Source: the human T2T-CHM13v2.0 reference genome, Homo sapiens
NCBI RefSeq assembly: GCF_009914755.1
Contig: NC_060940.1
Length of the DNA: 64,000 bases
Reading direction: 5' to 3' (one strand)
Position numbers and translations under genes: made by a program
Shown: positions 14,011 to 26,970 of the stretch, piece after piece
Numbering within the stretch: position 1 is the stretch's first letter
How the letters are laid out: each line of letters opens with the position of its first letter
Notes under the pieces: model-generated
What the model was told of the DNA's origin: nothing
The model's input: only the letters and a program-made list of their open reading frames with translations
Database searches by the model: none

Positions 14011-14733
14011 TTTTATTTTCAAGAGAATTAAATCGTTTATTGATTACACGTGATAATGGATGATACACAAGCTTCATTCCCATCTATAATTTTATCTGGT
14101 ACCATTATTCAATTTAGATATATTGCATAGGATGTGCCAACAATCACTTTTATAACCATTCCATGATTTTGCTTGGGTAATCCCTTTTAATGGTGAACTT
14201 CAGGTCACAACAGTAACTATCAGTTCAACTACACCAAGGTTTCCAAAGACAATGGCTTCTCCACCCAAGCAGGTTGTATATAAATTCCAAATAGAACCTG
14301 GCATCACCCTGAAGGAATTCTAACTTCACACTGTTGGGGAAATTTACCAAGATGGCTTCAGAGTAGACTAACTTTACACAGCACATTAAAAAAAAAGACA
14401 TTTATTCAGCATCACGATCAGACTATTACATTTAGCAATCAACAGCATGGGTGCAAAAAAAAAAATCTACATTAAAACCCTTTGTTGGAATGCTTTACAC
14501 TTTCCACAGAACAGAAACTAAAATAACCTGTTATACAATTAGTCACAAATACAGTCCTTGAGTTTTTTGCCCATACACATGAGTATTTGTCTAAAACATG
14601 TCTTCTTTGTAGCAGCTAGGCCCTGCCACCACTGTGCTTGGCTGAGTTCACAAATCTGTCGTAACCTGTAGCTTCCCTGTCACTTCTCTGGCTCTCCTCT
14701 CCTGCTAAGCTTTGTTTCCTAATTAAAATCTTC
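14011..14733 (-). pseudogene. 5'-truncated processed retrocopy of HNRNPA1 mRNA (3'UTR plus last codons)
   Basis: Reverse complement reads GAAGATTTTAATTAGGAAACAAAGCTTAGCAGGAGAGGAGAGCCAGAGAAGTGACAGGGAAGCTACAGG...CAATAAACGATTTAATTCTCTTGAAAATAAAA, which I recognise as the HNRNPA1 stop and 3'UTR to its poly(A) site. L1 ORF1 resumes on both sides. Confidence 0.92.
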
Positions 14734-15910
14734 AATGAACAAAACTTCCAAGAAGTATGTAAAGAGACCAAATCTGCAATTCATTGGCATTCCTGAGAGA
14801 AAAAAAGAGAATAAGCAACCTTGCAAAATATATGTGGGGATATAGTCCATGAAAGTTTCTCTAATCTCACTAGAGAGGTTAACATGCAAATTCGGGAAAT
14901 ACAGAGAACTCGCTAGATGCTATACAACATGACCATCCTCAAGGAACATAGTCATCAGATTCACGAACATCAACCCAAAAGAAAAAATCTTAAAGGCAGC
15001 TAGAGAGAAGGGTCAAGTCACATACAGAGAGAACCCCATCAGGCTAGCAGCAGACCTATCAGCAGAAATCTTACACCTCAGAAGATATTGGGGGTCTATT
15101 TTTAGTGTCCTTAAAGGAAAGAAATTTCAACCAAGAATTCATATTCCTTCAAACTAAACTTCATAAGTGAAGGAGAAATAAAATCCTTCTCAGATAAGCA
15201 AATGCTGAGGGACATTGTTTCAACTAAACCAGCCTTACAAGAGGTCATTAAGGGAGTGCTAAACATGGAATCAAAAGAGTGATACTTGTTACCACAAAAA
15301 CACACTAAGAATATAGCCCGCAGGTACTATAAAGCAACTACACAACCAAGTCTACATAACAACAAGCTAGCAACACAGTCACAGGCTCAAAATCTCATAT
15401 ACCTATTCTAACCCTGAATGTAAATGGGCTAAATGCCTCCACTTAAAAGATATAGAGTGGCAAGCCAGATAAAAAGACAAGACCCAACCATCTGCTGTCT
15501 TCAAGAGACTCATCTCACATGTAATGACACCCACAGGTTCAAAGTAAAGGGATGGAGAAATATCTACCATGCAAATGGAAAACTAAAAAGAACCAGTCAC
15601 TATTTTTATGTCAGATAAAATAGATGTTAAACCGATTTCTATTAAGAAGGACAAAGAAGGGTATTACGTTATGCTAAAATGTACAATTCAACAAGAAAAA
15701 TTAACTATCCTAAATATATACACACCCAACATTGGAGCACCCCAATTCATGAAACAATTCTTCTTGGACTACAAAAAGACTTAGATAACCACACAATAAG
15801 AGTGGGAGTCTTCAACATTCCACTGACAGCATTAGACAGATCATTGAGGCAGAAAACAAACGAAGAAACTCTAGACTTAAACTTGACTCTTGGCCAGTTA
15901 GACCTAATAG

Positions 15911-16309
<399 letters not shown>

Positions 16310-18534
16310 TAAGATTAACTACACGCTCAGTCATAAAGCAAGTGTTAAAATTTTTTTTGTAAAGTTGAAATCATACCAAGCACACTCTCGGAACACAGTG
16401 CAATAAACATAAAAATATTATCAAGAACATCTCTCAAAACTGCATAAATACATGGAAATTAAACAACTTACTCCTGAATAACTCCTGGGTGAATATCAAA
16501 TTTAAGGCATAAATCAAAAAATTCTTTGAAATTATTGAAAATAGGGATGCAACTTACCAAAATCTCTGGGATGCAGCTAAAGCAGTGTTAAGAGGAAAGT
16601 TTAGAGCATGAAATGCCTTCATCAAGAAGTTAGAAAGATCTCAAATTAACAATGTAAGTTTGCACCTAAAGGAACTAGAAAAAGAGAACAAACCAACCCC
16701 AAAGCTAGCAAAAGAAAACTAAAATTAGAGAAGAATTTGACACTGAGTTGCAAAAATCCATACAAATGATCAATAAAACTACAAGTTGGTTATTAGTAAA
16801 AATAAACCAGATCAATAGGCCCCTAACTAGATTAACAAAATCAAAGAAGATCCAAATAAGCACAATCAGAAATGACAAAAATGATGTTACACCTGATCCC
16901 ACAGAAATATAAAAGATCCTCAGATAATATTATGAATAACTCTATGTGCACAAATTAGAAAATCTGGAGAAAATAAATAAATTCCTGGAAATAATCTCCT
17001 AAGATTGAATCAGGAAGAGATTGAAATCCTGAAGAGACTAATATGGAACTCTGAAATTGAATCAGTTACAACAACAACAAAAAAACCCTACCAATCAAAA
17101 AAAGTCCTGGATCAGATTAATTCACAGCCAAATTCTACCACATGTACAAAGAAGAACTGAGACCAATTCTACTGAAACTATTCCAAGAAAATCCAAGAGG
17201 AGGGACTCCTCTCTAACTCATTCTATGAAGCCAGCATCAGCCTAATGCCAAAATCTGGAAGAGTCACAATGAAAAAAAAAAACTTCTGGCTAATATCCCT
17301 GATGAACATAGACACAAAAATCCTCAACAAAATACCAGGAAACCAAATGCAGCGGCACATCAAAATGTTAATAAACGATGATCAAGTAGGCTTCATCCCT
17401 GAGATGCAATAATTGGTTCAACAAGTACAAATCAATAAATGTGATTCACCACATAAACAGAATTTAAAGCAAAAACAATATGTTCATCTCAATAGACAAA
17501 GAAAGAATTTCTTATAAAATCTGACATCCTTTCATGTTAAAAACCCTCAACAGACTCAGCATTAAAGGAGCACATCTCAAAACAATAAAAGCCATCTATG
17601 ACAAACCCACAGCCAACATCATACTGAATGGGCAAATCTGGAAGCATTCCCCTTGAGATATGGAACAAGACATAAATGCCAACTCTCACCACTCCTATTA
17701 AACATAGCCCTGGAAGTCCTAACTAGAGCAATCAGGCAAGAAAAAGAAATAAAAGGCATCTAAACAGGAAAAGAAGAAGTCAAACTATCTTCACTGACAA
17801 TATAATTCTATACTTAGAGAACCCTAAAGAATCCACCAAAAGGCTACTAGAACTGACAAATTATTTTAGTAAGGTTTCAGGATACAAAGTCAATGTACAA
17901 AAATTACTAGCATTTCTATACATCAATAACACTCAGGCTGAGAGTCAAATCAAGAACACAATCCCATTTGCAACAACCACAAATAAATGAAATACCTAGG
18001 AATACAGCTGACCAAGGAAGTGAAAGATCTCTGCAAGGAGAACTACAAAACTGCTCAAACAAATCAGAGATGACACAAATAAATGGAAAAACATTCAATG
18101 CTCATGGATAGGAAAAATCAATTTCATTAAAATGGCCATGCTTCCTAAAGCAATTTACAGATTCAATGCTATTTCCATCAAACTACCTGCACCAATTCTT
18201 CACAGAGTTAGAAAAAACAATTCTAAAATTCATATCCAACCAAAAGAGCCAGAATCATCATAGCAATCCTAAGCAAAAAGAACAAAGCCGGAGGCATCAC
18301 ATTACCCAACTTCAGACTATACTATAAGGCTATAGTAACCAAAATAGCATGGTACTGGTACAAAAATGGACACATAGACCAATGGAACAGAAGAGAAAAC
18401 TCAGAAATAAAGCCACAAACCTAAAACCATCTGATCTTCGACAAGGTCAACAAAAACAAGCAATGGGGAAAGGACTCCCTATTCAGTAAATGGTGCTGGG
18501 ATAACTGGCCAGCCATATGCAGAAGAATGAAACA

Positions 18535-18675
18535 ATTGAAACACAGCCATGCCCATTTGGATAGGTATCGTCCATGGCTGTCTTTACTATCACAGCAGTT
18601 GCCAAAGAGAACATGGCCTGCAAAGTCCAAAATATTTACTATCTGGCACTTTATAGAAAAAGTTTGCTGATACTC
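18535..18675 (+). mobile_element. MER58A-like hAT MITE, left part missing
   Basis: acacagccatgcccatt...aaatatttactatctggcactttatagaaaaagtttgctga; complete paralog at 49649-49860. Confidence 0.75.
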
Positions 18676-19974
18676 TAATTTGGATCACTGAGTGACCACA
18701 TGGAAGACAACCACATTGTTGACCTGAACAACAACACTCTACTTCTTTACATAAATGAAAAATAAGCCATTGAAATTCTGGGCCTAATTGCTACCATAGT
18801 TTATCCTGGTCTCACTAATAATTCTTCCTCAGCAGTCACAGGGTGATTGACTGATGAATGTACATGGCCCAATCATCAGTTGTTTGAGCCATTGAGGTGG
18901 ACTAGTTATGCCCATGGGAGTACAGCTCTCTCCTCTACGACCCACCACGAGCCCAAAATTTCCTCCAGATACTCTGACCAGTCAGTCCTAGGACCTGATT
19001 GACCCCAGGGAGTCTGACCCCCTAAGTATAACACAGCATCATGGGCAGCATCATGGGCCTGGGAAGGTGTAAACATAATCCAATTTCTGCCCATTGAACT
19101 GAATGTTAACAGGAAGACGTTCCCTGAAGCAGAAGGAAATGACCTTGATGACGATGACCCTTGCCAAAGGTAGGTACCCTTGCCTTGTCACCTACCTGGT
19201 GGTCATGACGGTGATCAAGGCTGGCCCTGCTTTCATGTAACTAACTGGCCTTCGATGGTTCACTTTTCCCATTGAGTGACTTTTTTCAGTTATACACTTT
19301 TGTAAACTAGAAGTGTTTTTACTGGCATTTCTTTATGTACTTTTTTATTTTTACCATCATTTTAATTTAAAAAATGCAGTCACACATTTTCCATGCATAC
19401 CTCTAATTTATGGCAGGTTATAGAGGTCTTGCATTTATGGCAATGGTATAAAGTCTCCTTTTTGAGTGAGCATGTTGAAGTAAAAAGAGTGACTTCATTT
19501 AAAGAAAACTGCTCATGGAAGTACAGATGATACGCTGATAAGGCAAAAAACCATGATATTAGTATGAGACTAACTGAGGTTCCAGAAACACTGCGTATGC
19601 CCAGGCTGCAGTGGAGAATGTCATAGAATCCTGGATTCATAGAGTGTGGAGCCATGGTGAAGGGTGCGTGAGAGGGTCCCTCCCCCAGAGCCACACCCTG
19701 TCTTTCCACAAGGAATTCCCAAATGTCACCCAGTGGATTCAGACTTCTGTCTCCCAGTTCAGTGTTCTCCACCACAAAATCTACACCTGATCAATCCCAT
19801 AGTTCAGAGACAAAGCTGAGTGAGGGGCCCAGAAAGACATGTGTTTGCTGTGCCCAATGCCTGCTCTAACATGTGTTTTCCACATATCTGCTGAGCAAAC
19901 TGATGGAGGTGGAGAAGCTTGGGAGAGTTCATTTGAAGGCCCCAGATATGCCCACTCTCCCAAGTCCTACCCAA

Positions 19975-19982
19975 CCTCCTAT
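19975..19982 (+). pseudogene. CES1P2: CES1P2 residual 3' tip of exon 2 with intact donor
   Basis: CCTCCTAT|GTAAGC is identical to 59206-59219; downstream intron 2 aligns with 59214 onward. Confidence 0.85.
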
Positions 19983-22396
19983 GTAAGCCAGGGGTGGCTT
20001 TGGCATGTGTCCATGGGGATGTTCGCCTCAAAGTGATGCAGGAAGGAGTCAAGGCAGTCCCCTGATGGGCTGATCCTTTGCTCTGGAATCCTTAAGATCA
20101 TTGTAGATCCTTAAGAACATTCCAGAACTCTCACAGCATTCTGGAGTCCATTATTTAACACATGTTTATTGAGCACCTACTGTGGGCCAGGCATGTTCTT
20201 GGGTCCTTGGGGTCCATTAGTGAACAAAGCAAAGGTCCCTAGATTCACGGAGCGTGCATTCTAGCAGGGGGAGACAGATAAGAAGAACATGCAAATTACT
20301 CCATGGATCATGTGATATGTTAGAACGGGATAAGTGCCTTGGAAACAAAGAAGCAGTTAAGCAGATGAGGGAGATCAGAAGGAAGGATCCCATGAATTCC
20401 GCTGTCTTGAATTTTGACATAGTAGGGGAGAGGAGTGGGCCAGGAGGTGTGTGAGTGGCAAGTGTACTGAGGTGTCCAGTCGGCAAGTGCTCAACTCTCA
20501 GGTGTGCCCAGCTCCCTAATGCTGAGGAGAAAAATGGCAGGTGTGTCCATTCACCCTGGCCAAGCTGGGAAGAAAAGCCCAAAGGTTCTAATTGGCCTCA
20601 CCACCTCTCCCCAGGGTACAAAGGACCCTACAGGCATCAGAGAAGACCCCATTCATCTCAGCAGCCAGGCATTTGGAGGGTTTCCAGCAGCCCACCTCTA
20701 GCTGCTTTCTTTTCTTTCCTTTTTTAAAAAATAATATTTACTGTTTTTATTTTCTGACTGCAAATGTAATGCATACTTATTACAAAAAAGGTAAAGTATT
20801 ATGATTTAAATTTTGTTTGTATTCCAGTTTTTCTGCCTGTTGCTATACTTTCTTCCTTTAAAATGGAATGTTAAGTTCAGATAATTTGGATGCTTGCTTT
20901 GCTCATTAAGTATATCATGAGCATCATTCTATGCCATTAAATAGCATAGCCTGATATTAGCAGCTGCATCACATTTGGTATTGCACCACAATTAATTTCC
21001 CCAAGCTTTTATCTGGGGTCATTAGGTTACATATGAAGTTTTTGATAATATAGAGAGCACTGTGGTGAATATTTTATAGTGAAACCTTTATGCCCATTCA
21101 TAATTATTTTAGGATAAGTTCCCAGAAATGACATTTCTGAGTCGAAAAGTGTATATCTTTTGTTAAAATTCCTTGCCAAAATATTCCAACTACACTTCTC
21201 CCATTGAAGGATGAAAATCTCCATTCATCAGATTTTTTGCTGTGCTTGGGGTTATTAAAATTGTTTTTGGTTATCGGATAGGCAAAATGATAATAATAAT
21301 AGCAATATTATTTTCCTATTTAGTTTGCATTTATCTGAAGACCAGTGAAGTTGAGTTCTTTTTCCCTTTCTTCACATTGGAATGTTGTTTTTATTATTAT
21401 TATTATTATAATTATTATTATTGTTATGCCACTTGTACTTGGTGATCTGCAGGAAAACCTCCCAAGATGGAAAGCATGAAATTGTCTTTGCTGGCTCTGA
21501 TTCTTGACAGCTGTGTCATCCCAGAGCCTGAGTGCCTCAGTTTCCTCATGTACCTAGTGGGGGCCATGAGGCCTGCCTTCTGGTACTTTGAGGTCTGGGA
21601 CTGTTGCTTATAATATACTTGTGTATAAGCACCACATGGCATGGATCTACCTGGCTATGTAAACTTGGGCAGGTTCTCTAACCTCTCTGGGCTTCAGTTT
21701 TCTCATTTGTAAAATGGAAATAATGGAACCTATGTAATCAGAGTAATCTGAGGCTTAAATGAGTTAATACATAAAGGGTACTTGAAACAGTGCCTGGAAC
21801 ACTGGGAGGACGCAATAACTATTACCAATGTTCATCTATGTTGTATCCTTGAGATCTTTCATCAGGGCAACCAACAGCACTTGCCTGGGATAGGCAGATG
21901 GTAGAATCTTGGCATGTCAGGGCTGCAAGACTCATGCAGAAATCAATCCTCTCACATAGACCTGGCAGATTGGGACCCAGAATGTGAAAGGAATTCACCC
22001 AAGGTCACCCTGTAAATGTGTGGGAGAGACAAAACTAGAGCACAGTTCTGACGTTGTCCCACAAAGATTTTACCCCTAAGATATTGTTGGAAATGTCACC
22101 TCCAAGGGAGGATCAGTGTATTGGTGGTCTCCCCTCCTCAATGCTGGGAGTTCCAAAGTTTCCGGGAAGAAAAGAGCTGTGAAGCCCTTCTCACTCTGCT
22201 TGGTCTTAGGAGACCTTAGTGAGTCCCAGCGTCCCCACCTGAAGCCCCTGATAGCCTCCTACCCACTACAATGTCGTGAGTCTGTAAATATCAAGTCCAT
22301 TTTCAGGCTTAAACCTCCCAGTCCAAGGCGCTGCCCTAGAAGACACCTCGCCTAGATCTGGCTGAACTTCAGGGGTTCTTCTTTCCCCCTCCGCAG

Positions 22397-22541
22397 GTGC
22401 ACCCAAGATCCCAAGGTAGGGCAGTTTCTCTCAGAACTATTGACCAACCGAAAGGAAAACATTCCTTTCAAGCTTTCTGAAGACTGTCTTTACCTCAATA
22501 TTTACACTCCTGCTGACTTGACCAAGAAAAACAGGCTGCTG
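22397..22541 (+). pseudogene. CES1P2: CES1P2 exon 3
   Basis: [48 protein letters not shown]; 9 of 145 nt differ from 61685-61829; AG/GT intact. Confidence 0.95.
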
Positions 22542-24611
22542 GTAAGTTGTGGGATCCCCTGGTCAAGACGTGTCAGTGCCAGTACCCCAGATATTCTAGT
22601 GTAGATCGGAAGGGGATGAAGGCAGCTTGGGGAGGGAGCTGCACAGGCCAGGATTGTTTCAGGACCCCAGGGCCTCTACAGGAAACACAGGTTTTCCACA
22701 CGTCAGTTTCCCCTCGTGACATAGGGACTCTGGGGGAGTTTGCTGTGCCTCTTTAATGAACATCTTAATTGTTCCAAGTTCCCTCATGATAATAGAAGGA
22801 TGAGAATGATTACCTTTAGTTACTAGATTAAAAATCTGATACCCAGATTGGTATCAGAGTGGGTAAGACATGATTTTCAATAATGTTAGCGGTCGAAGGA
22901 ACTTAGAGAAAAGCCAACACCTCAACTCTTCCTTTTCAGATAGAGAAACCGAGGCCCAGACAGGGAAGGGGAGGTCACCCAGTAGGATAGTTTTGGCTCA
23001 AGTCTTCTGATCTTCAAACTAGTGCTTTTGACACAGAGTAGGGCATTGAGATTGTATGTGGCCTTTCTCCAGCACACCAACATCCATCTGGGGTAACTTT
23101 CACTGTCCGGGTATGGGTGTTGGGGGCAGAGCCTGGGACAATCCCAGAAGCTCTTCCTTTTGCCTTTGGCCAAATATCTGGGATTTTTTTGTACCTAATT
23201 TCCCTCCCTAATTGTGTTGGCAAAGGGTGATGACCCAATGTGTCAGCATTTGCCAAATAAACAAACGGCAGGAGATGGGGCTGGCTGCCAGCTGCAGGGT
23301 TGGGAGTGTCTGCTGGCAAAGAAGGCCACCCCAAGGTGAAAGAGGAAGGGGTGTCAGGTCCAGTCAGTCTCCCAGGGGCACCGTAGCATGGTGCCTAGGA
23401 GTGGCGGAGCAGGTCTGCGAACATGGGACTAGAAGTTGGCCCTACATGTGCTTCGTGAGACACAGGAAGTGGGAGAAAGGTTTACTCATTAATTCATTCA
23501 TTCTTCTATTGTGTACTCAGGGCCCCATATACACAGTTAGACCTGGGGCTTCACGGAAAGGAGGAACATGAACGCACTCCACACTGCCCCTGCCTTCAAG
23601 GATCTTGCCTTTTGTGGGGTAGAGGCATATCCTCCTTTCAGCATGTTATTGCAGGTCAGCACTCGGGCTCAGTCTTCACACAAAGATGAATGCACACTCA
23701 ATCCCTCCACAGGAGGCAGGCAGGGATTAGAGGTGTGGGAGAAACAGGAGCTCTGGGAACCTGAAGGCAGGAAAACCTCCAGGAATGGCCACAGGTTCTA
23801 GAACTACACGTGCTTAGAACAGCACTTCGTACATAGTTTATGTTATGAGTTCTTTTATATTTCATGAATAATATTATTACAATACTATTATTTTAGCCAC
23901 TCTCACTTCTTCCCCACTATGTGGACTTTTAAAATGCAAGAACCTTGAGTTAGGAATTGTACCTACTCTCATCCTCGGGTATTAGCAGAGTCCCTGGCAC
24001 ATAGTAAGTTCTCAGACAGTGTTAGTCCATTGATTGAAGGCATCCTGAAGAGGGTGGGTTTTAGGCTGGGCTCTGCAGGGTGGATAGGATTTGGGGATGC
24101 AGAGGCATAAAGGAGGCATTTGAGGAAGAGACACCATCACAGGCATGTGTGCTTCTCGAGACAATCATTCATGCACAGAGAAGTTTACTTCACCATGAAA
24201 GAGTTAACTGAGATGAAGCTGAGATACAAGGGCTGCCCCATAGGTACGCGGAGTGCTTGAACAGTCCAGGCTTGAGGGTGATGGGAGTGAGGTGGAGAAC
24301 ATGAATCCTTAGCGTTTGCTATGCCCATGATGATGTTCTCAGCGTGAAGAGCCTTGCGAGGAGGAGGCACTGGAGACTGGGTAGAAAGGAAGGGGCAGCC
24401 AGGGTATGTGCAGTGGGGTGGTGGCTTGGGCCCCAGTTGGGAGAATTATGGAGGAGAGAGACTGCCTTTTGCAACCTTGCTGGGCACTTGTGAAATTTGG
24501 GTAACAACCTCCCTCAGTTGTGACCAACAGGCAGGTCACCAAACAAGATGCCCTCTGAGTGCTCCCTGGCCTTGTGTCCTGTAACGAGTATGTTGCTTCC
24601 CCCCTGCCCAG

Positions 24612-24745
24612 GTGATGGTGTGGATCCACAGAGGGGGGCTGATGGTGGGCACCGCATCAACCTCTGATGGGCGGGTACTCGCAGCCCATGAAAACGTGGT
24701 GGTGGTGACCATTCAGCACTGCCTGGGCATCTGGGGATTCTTCAG
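24612..24745 (+). pseudogene. CES1P2: CES1P2 exon 4 (oxyanion loop HRGG)
   Basis: [45 protein letters not shown]; AG/GT intact. Confidence 0.95.
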
Positions 24746-25535
24746 GTAAGAAATTAGACTCTCCTCACTGCACCTTTGGCCCCCAACATGAGGCTGCTAG
24801 GACCAGCTCTGGTCATGTCAGCCCTCAGGAGACCTTAACTGGGTTCCTCATTGTAGCAGACAAGCACCTTCATAATTGGACACTACCTACCCTCTCACTC
24901 CCCAGCCACACTAGTCCACTAGCCTCTGAGCTTTTGTATGTGGTGTTCCCTCTGCCTGGAATGCTTAGTCTACCTAAAGAATTCCTCTTCATCCTGCAAG
25001 ACCCAGCCCCCAGTTAGCTCCACTGAAAGACTCATCTCCTTTTCATCTGTGCTGCTCCCACACATTGCATTTCTCTGTCATGGCAGCTAGCATGCAGCCC
25101 AGCTGTTGAAGGTTGACACATCTGACTTCTCATGGAAAGGAGGGAAGGGGCAGAGTCATACAGGGAGTTCAGGGCATATTGTGGGTGAAGGAATGGGCGC
25201 TGCAGAAGGTGGGGTGTGGGAGCATCTGACTCCTTCCTGGAGGAGTGTTGGGACCCACTCACCCCATTTTCTGCTTGAAATCTGGCAAGTGTGGGAAGCA
25301 AAGATGGAGTCCTCCTCATCAGGTCTCCATGGGGACAGAAGTCCCCATGGCGTGGAGGAATTTGGTAGCTTTGAGAGCTTGTTTGGGGAAAGCATTCAAA
25401 CTTAAAGGGCTGGTACATTGGAGGAGAGAAAATGGGGATGCCAAGAATTTTTAGAATTTTTGAGAATGTTTTTAGAATTCATTGGTTATAAGCAACAGTT
25501 TCCCAGTGACCAGATTTAAGTCAAGACGGACGATT

Positions 25536-25988
25536 GGCTAGGTGTGGTGGCTCATGCCTGTAATTTCTGAGAGTGATGTGGCCCTCACTCCTGCTCTGGT
25601 GGAGAAGGGTGACGTCAAGCCCCTGGCTGAGGTAGGTCTCCCACTGGATGCCCCCAACCCCTTGGCTCTGTGCTTCTGAATTCTCAGAGGTTATTCTTGC
25701 CATGGGTTCTAGCTGATGTTCTCCTAGAATCACTGAAGCGATTGGGAGGTAGAGGCGGAAGCCTTGCTTGAGCCCAGGAGTTAGAGACCAGCCAGGGCAA
25801 CAAAGTGAGATCCTGTCTCTACAAAAAGCAAAAAATTAAGCTGGGCATGGTGGTGCAAGACTGTGGGCCCATCTACATGGGAGGCTGAAGTGGGAGGATC
25901 ACCTGAGCCCAGGAGGTCTATGCTGCAGTGAGCTGTGTTTGCACCACTGCACTCCAGCTTGGGAACAAAGCAAGACCTTGTCCCAAAA
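25536..25988 (+). mobile_element. AluJ split into head (25536-25564) and body (25742-25988) by CES exon 6/intron 6 sequence
   Basis: GGCTAGGTGTGGTGGCTCATGCCTGTAAT ... TTGGGAGGTAGAGGCGG...GAGCCCAGGAG...GCAAGACCTTGTC are consecutive parts of the Alu consensus. Confidence 0.85.
25563..25631 (+). pseudogene. CES1P2: CES1P2 exon 6 3' fragment (no acceptor)
   Basis: ISESDVALTPALVEKGDVKPLAE then donor GTAGGT; 5' side fused directly to an Alu head. Confidence 0.9.
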
Positions 25989-26687
25989 TCTTCTCTTGAA
26001 AAGGAGAATTTATTTTTCAAGGAAATAGAGATCTGGGAGGATGGGCTTTGTGCAAAAACAGGAAGCAGAAATTACAAAATGATGGGAATCCTAGACTCTG
26101 TTACTCTTGTTCTCTCTCTGTCTCTTTCTCTCTGTCTGTCTATCTTTCTCTCTCTCTCTCACCCTCTACTTCTCCCTGTCCCTGTTTATTTATTTGAGAA
26201 ACACTCTGGGCATTGATTCTGTCCGAGATCCTGCACGGGGCTCTGGGGGCATGTGCGCTTGCCCTGACTCCCCGACTGTGGAGCCTGCCTGCTCTCCCTC
26301 TGTGCCCTTCTTTCTGGCTGCACTTTGCTTCCAATCTGCATGAGCACCCTATCTGCCCCTGAGCTTAAGGACTCTCCTTGGTTCCAGAAAGTAGTCAGGC
26401 TGTCTTTCCTGTTGTGAAAAATGAGTGTTTTTTACATTAGCAGCTCTCCACCCCAATTCCAGGTCACTTAAGAGAGAGGCTCACTGTCCCGTCTTTGCTT
26501 CGATGTCCCTGAACTCTTAGAAAAGTAGGAAACCAGAGTATGCTGGGCAAACTGACCCCAATGCCTAGGTCAGGCAGAAGGGACCCTGTCCCTCGGGAGG
26601 GCTTTTTAAATTTTTATATTTTTTACATTTTTTTAAAGATGAAAAGAGGTTCTTGGTGTATTAATTATTGTTACTTTGTGGCTTGAC

Positions 26688-26970
26688 TCAGGACAAAGGT
26701 GCAGAGACCATCGCCCATGGCCAAATCTGGATCTATGCCTGCATGGCCCTTGAGCTAAGGATGACTTTTTTTAATCATATGAAATTCAAATTTCATTGTC
26801 CATAAAGGAAGTTTTCCTCGAACACAGTGACACCCATTCATTTACCTTGTGTCTCTGGCTGTGTTTCATGCCAACAGCAGTCTTGAAGTTGCAGCAGAGA
26901 CCACATGGCCCACAAAGCCTCAAATATTTACTATTTGGTCTTTGATGGGCACATTGCTGACCTGTGGCCT
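26688..26970 (+). mobile_element. MER58B-like hAT element
   Basis: ggccaaatctgg...gagctaaggatg...catatgaaattcaaatttca...cagagaccacatggcccacaaagcctcaaatatttacta. Confidence 0.65.

Larger units (their letters stand above)
18535..24320 (+). repeat. Segmental duplication, copy A (paralogous to 49716-51153 and 59203-64000)
   Basis: Colinear non-repetitive sequence shared with copy B at roughly 90% identity by eye, interrupted by deletions. Confidence 0.93.
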
